Source of the DNA: Klebsormidium nitens
Lineage: Eukaryota; Plantae; Klebsormidiophyceae
Assembly (NCBI GenBank): GCA_000708835.1
Contig: DF237112.1
Coordinates: 99,342 to 163,341 of the forward strand
Reading direction: 5' to 3'
DNA: 64,000 nucleotides
Shown in pieces: positions 49,557 through 60,900 of this stretch; within the stretch, counting starts at the first letter, position 1; every line of letters begins with the position of its first letter. The translations under genes and the position numbers were made by a program. The notes beneath the pieces are model-generated. The model was not told where the DNA came from, did no database searches, and saw only the letters and a program-made list of their open reading frames with translations.

Positions 49557-50825
49557 ATGGTTTCCTCCGCAAAGCTCAGCTGGTTCGGACAGAGGAAGGT
49601 GGAATGCTCGCGCGCTCTTCCTCCCGCTTCTAGTTCCTCTGATCCTCCAAGCTTCCCCCCCTTAGTCCAACCTACAATCACGCAAAACAAGATCAAAGAA
49701 TGCGCATGCGTATCCGAGAAAGTTGAGTGGGAAGCGATTGACCAAGCGCGTACGAAGCTGATCACGAAATTGGAATGTGAGCGCGAGAAGCTGGCAGCCG
49801 ACTTGGGGAGCGCGCGCGCGCAGCAGAGCGCGGCGCAGGCAGCCGCGGAGGAGAGCCGCGCGAGGAGCGTCGACCTCGAAGCGCACGTCGCGCAGCTCTG
49901 CGCTGCGCTCGAGGTAGAAATGCGCGGTTGTCGCGCAAAGGCCGCGCAGATTCGGAGGCTCGAGACTTCTTTGGACGACGCTAGGGACGCGGGCGCACGG
50001 CGCGAAGAGGAGCGCGCGCGCTTCCACTACGTGCTCGCGCCCAACGGACAGACGGGTTCTATTTCGCGGACGGTCCTGGCGTCCGCTCCTGACTCTCTTC
50101 TGTACAAGATGTACTGCGGAGACTGGGAATACCCGCGCGATGAGAACGGGCGCGCGATCATTACGTGTCATCCGGACAGGTGGGCTTCCGTTCTGGAACA
50201 CCTGACGACCGGAACGGTCCCGACGGAACCGGACTCTCGGCTTCTGGATCAGGCACGGTATTGGTACTTGGGGAGGCTTGTAAGGGGTCTAGAGGCCTTG
50301 TATCCGGGAGTGGTCGTTCTAAATGACCCTGATGCGGGTGGGTTTAGGGTCAAGTGCGTGCTTACGTCTGTCATGGAAAAGTTGACAACGGTCCAGCCAA
50401 GCGTTGAGTACGTAGCGGCTCGGGGCAGTTTCTGGTCGGTTCAGATCGAGCGGGAGGGCATCCGTCATCTGTTCAAGCCCCTTAGTAAATCCGAGTACAA
50501 CTCTCCACGTGGCGTGCCCGTCGTCAAGGCTACGTTGCCCCGGTTCTCAACCAGATTCAGAGTGATCCTTGACGATGGAGATGTCGTGACGGATTGGGAG
50601 GAATCCGGTTTTGACCCAGCATACTTTAACCCTAGCCGAGCGAGGGGCTACGCAACATGGAACGAATATGACACCCACTGCAGAACCCATCTAAAAGGAT
50701 TCCTTAGTTGGCGGCGTTTCGGATACAGCTTGCAGCAACTGGTTACTCAGCCACTTGCTAGAGCACACGACAGCCTAGTCGTCGAGGTTGAGGTTCAATA
50801 TCTGGATTCAAGAGTGACCACGTGA
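49557..50825 (+). CDS. Coiled-coil plus KCTD/T1-type BTB/POZ protein with unknown C-terminal domain
   Basis: An uninterrupted ORF with a heptad-rich segment (KLECEREKLAADLG...RRLETSLDDARD), then SISRTVLASAPDSLLYKMYCGDW...RDENGRAIITCHPDRWASVLEHLTTG...LLDQARYW. The ATG follows ttttgcag, so an upstream exon is possible. Confidence 0.8.
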   Translation: MVSSAKLSWFGQRKVECSRALPPASSSSDPPSFPPLVQPTITQNKIKECACVSEKVEWEAIDQARTKLITKLECEREKLAADLGSARAQQSAAQAAAEESRARSVDLEAHVAQLCAALEVEMRGCRAKAAQIRRLETSLDDARDAGARREEERARFHYVLAPNGQTGSISRTVLASAPDSLLYKMYCGDWEYPRDENGRAIITCHPDRWASVLEHLTTGTVPTEPDSRLLDQARYWYLGRLVRGLEALYPGVVVLNDPDAGGFRVKCVLTSVMEKLTTVQPSVEYVAARGSFWSVQIEREGIRHLFKPLSKSEYNSPRGVPVVKATLPRFSTRFRVILDDGDVVTDWEESGFDPAYFNPSRARGYATWNEYDTHCRTHLKGFLSWRRFGYSLQQLVTQPLARAHDSLVVEVEVQYLDSRVTT

Positions 50826-51943
50826 CTGAAAATGTTCAATCAGGACGGTTACGAAGACCTCCAGAAGGTTCAAGCTCTCTTCCATGTTGCAATTCATGCT
50901 TCTTCCAAAGCGCGGCCTTTGTTTTCTCACTCTTAGGGGCCGGTTTGTCATATTCATGAAAAGGCAACTTAGCCTTCAATCGTGTCGCTCAATTCGCGAG
51001 GAGCTAAGATATGCTACTGATGGGCCGGAAGTCTTGAGACTGTACGTTTTGTTTGAATCACAGCTGCTGAAATTATCGGTCGAGCATTCGGTGGTTGTTG
51101 GGCATCTCGAGCGTAGTTGGCCCAATGATTGTGAACGGTGTCCGACTTTTGGTGGTAGGAATGCTGTGTGTCTACAGAATTTTCTAACCTCATATGGTGT
51201 TCATACGAGGTGCTTGGCACCGTCGTTTCCGGGTTGAGAGGTAGACTTTGTGAAGGCCAGGCTTCTAGATTGCATGGCTCGTAGGGTTTTGCAAAACCAC
51301 AGTTGACCAACGTTGTTACGCGCAGTATGGAGGCGGTCGAACAAATAAACGACCGAGAAATTTGAAGATGACCAGCTGACGGTTGCAGAAGCAACGGAAT
51401 CAAAGTTGAAAGCTTCAACTCAGAGCACACGTGTATACATATGTGTGTGAAGCCAAAGAGAGTATGTACATGCACTATGGTCGCGACGGTTCGACAAAGA
51501 GATTCCCAGATCATGCCGCAAAAGATGAATATGTTAAAATTACATGTGTGCTGGGAGATGTCGCATGCCGCATTTGGTAGCCGCATTCCATAGCCTTTAT
51601 AGTTCGACAAACAATCCCCGTTGTTGAGGATAGCGCCTCCCAATATTGGTACTAGAAACTGGCGTGAAACCACTCCGCGTCGGGTTTGCTCCCTTCTTAC
51701 GAAACTCGCTCAATTCCAAACTCGTTTATGACTCAACCAAGTCTATCAATTTATAAAATTACTCGAACCGGGCAAATTTAAGAACTCTAGAAGGACCTCA
51801 GGGACGTGTCACCTATCAAGGTCCCGGGATCATGTCTTGGCTTCGAAACAAAATCAACTCTGAAACTCCGGCTGACTGACCCGTGTTACAGAATTTTGCT
51901 TGTCTGACACGTGTTGTAACGAATATAAGTTAGACTCGTTCGC

Positions 51944-54900
51944 CTACAACAACTTGCGGCTGGAGACAATGCGGCGGACGGTGCCCGCGCTGTAATCTGC
52001 AACGGTCGGAGAAGAAGAGGGGTCAGCATCAGCAAGACTGGTCCTCCGCAGAACTCACGGAGCAGTTCCGACTTCTCTCCAAGGTTTCAGAAGTAATGAA
52101 CCTGTCAAAACCCGGCGCTGTATGCACCGCGCTGTCTACGTTGTGCGCGATTGCGCGTTTGAGCCGGGACTGGCTTAGCAGCCGAACGAGGTGGCTGCCT
52201 TGCCGACTGGAAGTTGCGAACTCACTGCGTCAGGCTAGCTGATCACTGCGTTTTCTTTCATGCTCTGCGTTGAGGGGGAGTTTTGCGGTCTATAGAGACG
52301 GCCAGTGTGCTGACTAAGCATTCCGCATTTCGCGTACAGTAAAATCCTAAGGTCGGAGTGCCCTAGAAGCTTGGGAGGGATTCTCTAGAGGAACATGCCT
52401 GCCAAATAGGTCGAGAACATAGCGGATCCGAGAAACTTGGCAGCACGTTAAGTCGAGCCGCAGATAAAAACCCGTCGGTAACCAGACCCGGTCAGAGAAC
52501 ACGGTAAATCGAGACCCGGTTTTGAGTACGCTTTTCAGTATGGGCAGAGAAGATTGAGTCCAGTGTTGATTCGAAATGAGGAGACGTTTCGGACGATATT
52601 GACAGCTTTAGGAATTTTCAGGGCCCATATGTTCTTAAGAAGGGGACTATTCAGTCGGAAGCGTGCTTAAAGTCGTTTCAAGACCGTACTGAATGGGGTT
52701 CTGATCTATTGGGAAAGACGTTTGCTGGCAAGTGTGATGATGCTCGTTATGACTGTGCAAAACCCCACTCTCAACATATTAAATTGCTTGCCGGAGATGA
52801 CAATCTGCGGGCACTTGCCGACTCTGTTGTCAAGAGCGCCTCCAATCCTAGTGGGCTACTGTGCACAACCAGTCACATGTGCTGACAGCAGCCATGCACA
52901 TTCGGACTTCAACTTATTTCTTAAACTTCCAAGACTTGAAAATTGTATCTCTTGGAAACGCCTAACGAAACTGGACACGTGACCTGAGGACACGTGGCTT
53001 ACCAGGAATCAAGATCTGCGGGCAAGACTTGCAGTTGTTGGAGCCCAGGGTGCCGATGGGGCACGTGATGAGCTCGGTCGGGAAGCCGGCCGCGTCGCGC
53101 CCGTAGCAGTACCAGACCTGAGAAATAGCCACGTGACGTCATATTTACGGAAGCACTCGTTCGCTCGTAGCAGTACCAGACCTGAGAATTAACCACGTGA
53201 CGTCATATTTACGGAAGGACTCGTTTGTTACTTTAGCATGACATGATAGGACGCGTTCTGTCGCTTTAGCGACAGATAAGTTCAGACAGAATTGATCAAG
53301 TCCTCTCTGGGTCTAGTAGCCGACCTGTGGCGGTCGCCTCGTCCGCACTACCAAACGTGGGGGAGGAGCACTTTAATGGCTTGGCGAAAAGTTTTGGGAT
53401 TTCACGAAATCTTCTTTAGAAAGTGGAGAGCGAAATCATATCAAGAACAAAATGTTTGGACAGAGCATCGAGGCAGACAGCTGGCACTTCTTGCAGGGAA
53501 TTGGCCGCGCCGAACATTGAAGGGGGTTCGTCGTACTTCCTTGTGGCGACTCTTAATCAAATAGGTCTCATGGATCAACACCAAAATGAAAGCAGAAACA
53601 GAGAGTACGATGCAAGATACACGATACAAGAACGGGAGGAAAGCGTACAGGAAACAGCGGAGTTAGACGACGGAACGCCGAAATGCAGCCCGAACAGCTG
53701 GCATCTTCTTATCATAAAGAAGTCCATCTTGTTTCCGGCTCTTCTCTATCATTATTTTACAAAACAGCTTTCAGATACTTCGCCGGAAAGAGACAACCAC
53801 GGCAGAACGCAGACGAAGTCGGAGAACGGAACGGTTTAAGAACGGAACGCCGGAACGCAACTCGGACAGCTGGCAGTTCATGTCGCCCTGAGGTCTGGCC
53901 GTGTTGTACGTTGAATCAAACACCCCACGCTTAGTTCATATCATCAAATCAAATGAGGGAACGACAAAGCGGAACCGGAACGCACCGCGGACAGCTGGCA
54001 ATACCTGTCACACTTGGGAATGGCCCTGTTGCTCATCACAGGAAAAATCTCTTCATTTTATTCACGTTACGTTTTCAGATAAGGAAACGGAACTAAAAAC
54101 GGAACAGCAAAGCGGAAGCCGGAACGCACCTCGAACAGCTGGCAGACCCTGGATGGCCGTGTTGTTCATTCAAATCAGCAGAGTCAGAAACCGCATTCTT
54201 TGAACGAAAGCAAAGCAGAAGCTGGAGCGCACCTTGGACAGCTGGCAGTTCTCGTCGCACTGGGACGTTAGAAAACTGCAACTTTACTCACTTTACGTAC
54301 CTACTTTCTGTAACCGAAACGGCAAACGGAACGAACGAGAGCGAAGCGAATAACAGAACGCACCTCGGACAGCTGGCAGTTCCTGCCGCACTGGGGATGG
54401 CCGTGTTGTTCATCACATGAGAATCCTCTCCATCTTGGTTCGCCTTACGCCGTATCCCAGGAAACAAATGGAACGGAAAGCGGAACAGCAAAGCGGAAGC
54501 CGGAACGCACCTCGGACAGCTGGCAGTTCCTGTCGCACTGGGGGATGGCCGTGTTGTTCATCGAGTTGACGAAGGCGGTGGTATCGACGGCGGTGCCGCG
54601 CTTCTGGTGCACGTTCACATCGGCCCAGGAACCGTTGGCGGTCAGCTGCTTGGTGATGCCAATGGCGGTCTCGAAGAAGGCGGTTTTGTTGTCGGTTAAG
54701 TAACCGCCCACACCTGCAGAAGGGATTTGTGCTGCTTGAGAGACCATACAGGGTTACTGCAAATGTGGTTTCGTTGGTGTCAAAGCAGTGTCAGAAAAGG
54801 CGGTCTTGTTGTCGGTTAGGTAACCGCCCACACCTGCAGAGGAAATTGTGCTCCTTGAAAGACCATACAGGGTTACTGGAAAGTAGTGAAACAAAACTGC

Positions 54901-57900
54901 GGTTTCGTCAGTGTCAAAGAAGTGTCAAAGAAAGCGGTCTTATTGTCGGTCAGGTAACCGCCCACACCTGCAGAAGCAATTTGTGCTACTTGAGAGACCA
55001 TACAGGGTTACTGGAAAGTAGTGAAACAAAACTGCAGTTCCATTAGGTCAAAGAGGTGTCAAAGAAGGCGGTCTTGTTACCGGTTAGGAATTCGCCCACA
55101 CATGCGCAGGTAAAGGATCCGCAGCTAAGGATACAGGCTTGAATCTGCGAAATAAAGAGTGCACCTTCCAAAAAAGGCGGCTTTGTCAGGTAACCGCCCA
55201 TATGGATCTTTACAAAAATACTGCACGGTCCAAAGAGGAGGGTCCCGTCAGGTAACCGCCCACATAATCAGTGCACTGTCCAAAGAAGACGGTTTTGTCA
55301 GGTTACCCCCCCGACCTGCAGGTAAGAAGATCGTTGCTAAAACAGGGCGTCAAAATGAGGAACGGTTCCCCGAAGCGACCAATTGGCCGAGGCACCGACC
55401 AATCGCCCGAAAAAGCACGTGGTCAGTCATTTGTCGGGGACTGTGTCTCGCCGGAGAGCCTCGTTCATAGGGGCGCCACGAGCGGAAAAGCTCACTGTTT
55501 TTGCCACTTTGTAGAGTAGCGACTATTGAAACGAGCACCCCAAACGTGGCGGCGTCAAGCGTGCCCGGTCACAGAGGTTGCTCATACCCAAACCTTCTCG
55601 ACTGGTAGAAACGACACGGTTGATTGATCGTTGCGAGTTACGAGCAACGACCGCAGGAAATTTTTACCACATGCGACGCACTGATATCTGGTCAAAACTG
55701 CAGCATTCAAGCGCGAAAGATGTTTCGTTTCACGAGAAAATTCTGAGGATTGAAATACCAGGTTCGGAACAATAATAACTGGTCAGAAAGGCAACATTCA
55801 CGCGCGAGGGGACCTGACAGGAACCGTAATTAGGAGATTTGCTCAAGACGAGAGAAAGGCACTCACAGGAGGCGTGCTTGAAGAACTCGTGGTCGAGGAA
55901 GGTGCGGTCCGCACCCAGGAAACCCGGTGCGTACCGGGCCATGTCCGCCTGCAGGGCCTGTAATTCACACCAGAGCGCCAACGTCAGAACTAAGCGCCAT
56001 CGTCAGCTGTAAAAAGTCTCTCTGTAGGAGAAAAGCAGAGTATTTTGAAACTTCCTAGGTCGCACTGTCAGCATGTATACGGCAAAAGAAGAGACTACGG
56101 ATCGGTGTCACATCAACCCTACACTCGATGCGCTTTTCGAAAGGCCTTGCAAGCCACGCCTACTCTAGTTTCCTCGACAACGAGCTTTCTTCTCACGGGT
56201 GCCCCTATCCCTGAAACTTACAAAGCAAGTCGAAAGCAACTTTATAGTGGGCGTAGGCGTCATGCCGACGGCATCGCCGGATTGACAGCGGGTTATGGCC
56301 CCTACCCACGGATGGTTATGGGCGGTTACGGGCTGGTTAAAATTGGTTAAGTGTCCAATGACCACACTTGGGCGGTTACCAGCCCTGGAACAACTCAGAC
56401 TAAAGCCCGGTTGTCTGTCGCTGATACGAGACTCAACTCTGCTAATCAGCCTGGTTAGCAACCAGAATTTCCTGTGAAAACTCTGGCGGCGGCACGAGTC
56501 GGACGGATTCGGTTCGTCTAACAAATCCATTTGTGCCGTCCGATCTGAGATGCACTCGCGAGTGCAGAAATCCACTTTAAGCCACAGAGCCGCAGCGCGG
56601 GTGTTCCTAACCTGGGCACGTGCCTTAGCGGTTTTCGCAATGTAGGTGCCGAACCTATTTCGAAAAGAAGCACGAGCAACGACAGCGGAGCGACCTCCAC
56701 ATAATGAAACCAAAGGGCAGCTGCAAGTACTACGGCCGAATTGCGGAACCCCTCGAGAATGGAGACACCACCGAGATCGAAACGTGACGAATACGACAGC
56801 GCCCCAACGAAGTCCTTCGTCAGCCACGCCCTTTGAGCTAGAGCCTACCGAAAGGATGCTTCATTCGCGTTCTTCCTCGATCGATTGTGGTGTTCTTGGA
56901 GCTCAAAATCCTCTTTCGACTGCCACTCACAATCCCAAAATATCATCTGACTTCCAATTCGAAGAGCCACTGGCAGATTTCAGTAACCACAGTCGGGCTC
57001 TTCTGGAACCTGCCCTGAACCTGGAAGCTTTGACGGCGGCGATTGCATGGGGCAAACTCCCGCTGGGATGACGTCAACCAGAGTATGAAGAAAATGCCTA
57101 CCCTCACCATCAGGTCCTCAATGCTCCCTCCTGGTCTCTTATATTCGCAAGCAAGGAACGCTTCCAACACCATATCAAATCGACAGGGTAGCGGCACCCA
57201 TTCTGTAACCTTCGCGAACGACGATTTCGAGGAGCTTTTGAGTCAAGGTTGAGCATCCCCACAGCTCACCGTCAACACAAACCCTTAAACCCTAAACCCT
57301 AAAATCCAGCGAGAAAACTCACTGTCACAGTCGCCTCTTCCACCTGGCAGTGCGTGACGCCGTTCGCACGTATGCACTGCTCGTAGTTGACCTGCGCGAG
57401 ATTTCTCTCATACGTCCGAACTCACAATCAACACCCAGCAATGAGACAACGTGGACCTACCGAAACGGTCGCCTCTTCCACCTGGCACTGCGTTACACCG
57501 TTGGCGCGCATGCACTGCTCGTAGTTAGATTGCGTAAAGTTGGCGGCCGTCGCATTGGCCCACGGGCAGAGCCCGCCGTTGACGTGGCACCTGGAGTAGT
57601 CAATCCTGCCGGGCCCTGTCGCGGAGCAGTACTGGTTCCAGCCCTGCGGAAAGGAGTGGGCTCTTGTCAGCAGGGAGCAGCAACGGGGCCTCTAACCATG
57701 CAACTCGAGGAAGAAAATGAGCCAAGACAATGATATAGACTCCAACAAACACGATCATCCTAATCCAAAGACGTACCTGCTCCGCACCTTCACGCACCCA
57801 TGCAAATCCTCGAACAAAATCTGCCCTTCCCAGTGCGGTTACCCTACTGTTAATTAAATACCCCGCGAGAATGGTACCGGAGAGGGTATCGTATGGACTT

Positions 57901-60900
57901 ATTTGGGCAGAACGTCTAGTCGTTTCTGGTTCAAAACAAAAGGAGAGAAACAAGCCCATGTTATGACTCCATCTTTCATTCTTTCAACTTCGTAGACTAA
58001 TAATGATAAAAAGACTGTGTAACGGAAACAATCTATGATGGATCCGACTCCTAGACGAACCCCTGAATCGGATCCGAAAGGACCTGGTGCCCTTTCGAAG
58101 TGGTGCATGCAAGCTCGCGAGGCTGTTTGCAAAGCGGGTCAGCAGCTTAACCTGGGGGGCAGAAAGGACCCAAAGGGTACGAGCGAGTGACGGGTAGTCA
58201 AGAACGAAAGAGTGTGTTTTACATGGACACGTGTATTGACCAAGATCCACAGAGGGCGCATCCTGCTCTTTGAAACGCCTTCAATCCCCGCCCTAGCAGT
58301 CTGATACGAAGTGACGTCTTTCTGACGTCCTTGCACTTATCATCCAAAGGAGCACACTGAATTCGGGAATGGACTTGACTTAAGGACGACTAAGCAAATC
58401 TCTCGTCTGAATCTTCGGACAATCAGACGACTTCCTAGAACGACACTGGAAAATCAAATGAAGCCAAAGCCAAACCACGTGTCCGTCCATGCCACCAGAA
58501 CTTTCTGACCGACCCCTCTAGCGGAGCTGTAGCGAACTCTCTTGCAGGCTTCCAAAAGGCCTTCCGTTTCGGGATATCTGTCTTGAGATACGAACGCATT
58601 CCTGGGACAGACAGCAGCACACAAACAGCAGCACACATTCTAACTGTGTCCATCCGTTCTGGTGACTGGCAGTGAAAGCAAACTGGTAGAATCTAGCGTG
58701 CAGAAGCGGAAACGGTCACGGAAGGTGGTACGTCCTGTGGAACTAAGTCAAGCCGCTTTAGTCTCCAATCAGAGTCCTAGAGACATCAACGGGACTTTAT
58801 GTGAATAACTCTAAGGGGCTCTCAGAGAGCTTATGCCATCCACTTTAGATGAGAGCAGCCAGTCAGGTGTTTGGGAACAAACCGTCCGATGAGAAACTCT
58901 TTGAGTGAGGTTGCTTAAAGGTAAGAGCGACTGCCAACTCACACCTTTCCCTTCCCAAATGCATTCAACACTACAAGAACCATCGACGTAGGCAGAGGCA
59001 TAGAACGCAGCAACTCAGAGCTCCAGCAAAGAAGACAATCTCAAACGTGCCACACTCCAGTGCAAAGTCGACACTTTGGATAAAAAGATAGCAATGCAAT
59101 ATGTACCTGGTAGGAACCGTTGTAAGCGGGCGCAGCAGGCTCGGTGGTGTAGAGAGAACCGTAGTCGGTCCACAGGCCGTGTAGAACCAGGTTCTGAGAG
59201 CCCTGGGTGCCAGCCTGAGACAGCCCACGAGAGGAAAGTGAGCAAAGGCCCAATTTTGAAAGGTGGACGGACTGGGAGCCTTTTGCTGACAGTTTCCTCG
59301 TTGTGAAGAGAAATGAAACGGAGCTCCACAGCGTCAGACTGCTAGACATAACCTATCCATGCTTTATGGAAGAATGCTGCCGGCGTGATGAGCTGTATGA
59401 ATGCAGCCACTTGTCAAATAGCAAGGACGGTAATCGACTGGTATTCACCCCGCTGTTGTATTCAGCCCTCTGTTCGCAATGAAAGGGTCTCAACGAAGGC
59501 CTAGGTGGGCTGGAGAATAGTCCTCTACTTGAGAAACCCTACCGTGAGGGGTTAAAGGCCGACTACGCCTGAAAGTTCACTGGGTGGAAACCATGTCAAG
59601 AAGCACTCGGCAGGCTAGTTACTTTGTCCATCACTTTATGCGCAGCTGAAGATTGTGTGCGCAACCGAGTCTGTCAAACTTGAGCTCGATGGAAGGAAAT
59701 TGGGTAGTTCGCAGTTTGAGCCCAAACGATTAAAAATCAGCAGCAGTTTCGTCAATTGTAAGAAGGCGCCACAGTGACAGGCAAAATGGGGACCCCAGAG
59801 TATCGCTTGGAAACGCCAAGATTCTGGTCTGCGAGAAGTCACTCCAAATTGGATGCACAAAACCCCCAACAAACAGCACTCCATTGCGTGCAGAGGTCTA
59901 ATGCAGAAAGAGGCGCGAGTCTTCAGGTCCTTGAACTTGTCCGTACTTGAATTCCACAAAAGGCCTTGGAGCATTTCTGGAACCTTTACCAGCACAAAGC
60001 AGACGGAGGATAAAAGCAGCCTGTCTTCAAGAAGGAGAGAGCATGAAGAAGAGGTGACGATACAGTTGAAACTCATTAGGGGGGGGTGGGTGTAAAACTC
60101 ACCAGAGTGTAGCTGGAGCAGAAGCCCCCCCCGGCGGTCGAGTTTGCGCTGCAGGAAGTGGGTGCCCAGTAGAGGGCAAGGGCATAGTAGCCGAACTTGC
60201 CGGGGGGCGCGTTGGTGAGACCGCCATTGAAGCGGAGTGCGGTGGGGTTCTGGGCGCAAAAGTCCTGGACAGAGCTGCTGTTGCACTTGCCAGAGCTGCA
60301 AAGGAGGTTTTCATTGCTTCAAAACGTTGTTTTGTTTGAAGACTATTTGGCACAGACTTTTTGCAACTGTCATTGATCGGGGGAAGGCTGCCTGGGGGGT
60401 AATAATATGTTTGGGGCAAGACTGTCTGATGGCAAAAGGTGCTTCAACTAGGGTAAAATCATTTCCCTGGCAACACAGAGCAAAATTTTAGGGGGGCGAC
60501 TGGGGGGGGGGGAAGGGGGGGGGGATCGAAGATGGTGGAAGGAACATGCTCTTACCGCTAGCCAGTTGGCAAAGAGAAAGCTGCCAATTAATGCCCAGCC
60601 TGTCATCAAAATATGAAAGCGACCTAAAGGTAGTGGGCGTAACAAAGACAGATGTTCAACCCCCTTGGTGACACTTGCCCCCCCTTCCCGTAGCGGTAGA
60701 TGGCACACCCTGGCGCTCAAGATGCACTCAATCAAGCAGCTCGCTTGGAAGCCAAAATGGCTTTTATTCTGAACAAGACCAGCCCCCCAGCTCCGTCAAG
60801 CTCCCCAGCTCCGTCAACCGGAAGCAACAAGCTGGATTGTGACATTTTCTTATGTATTCGGTCCCCTAATCCCTTCTTCAGACAATTTGCCCCTACAGCC

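Noticed and set aside
49662-50201. 179-aa minus-strand ORF
   Set aside because: Antisense shadow of the KCTD-type BTB gene.
51014-51673. 219-aa minus-strand ORF
   Set aside because: Non-ATG start, no motif and atypical composition; it lies just past the RNase T2 stop.
53460-55325. CRISPR-like or satellite interpretation of the regularly spaced repeats
   Set aside because: The units are degenerate copies of a eukaryotic exon edge with irregular, partly homologous spacers. There are no cas genes and the context is spliceosomal.
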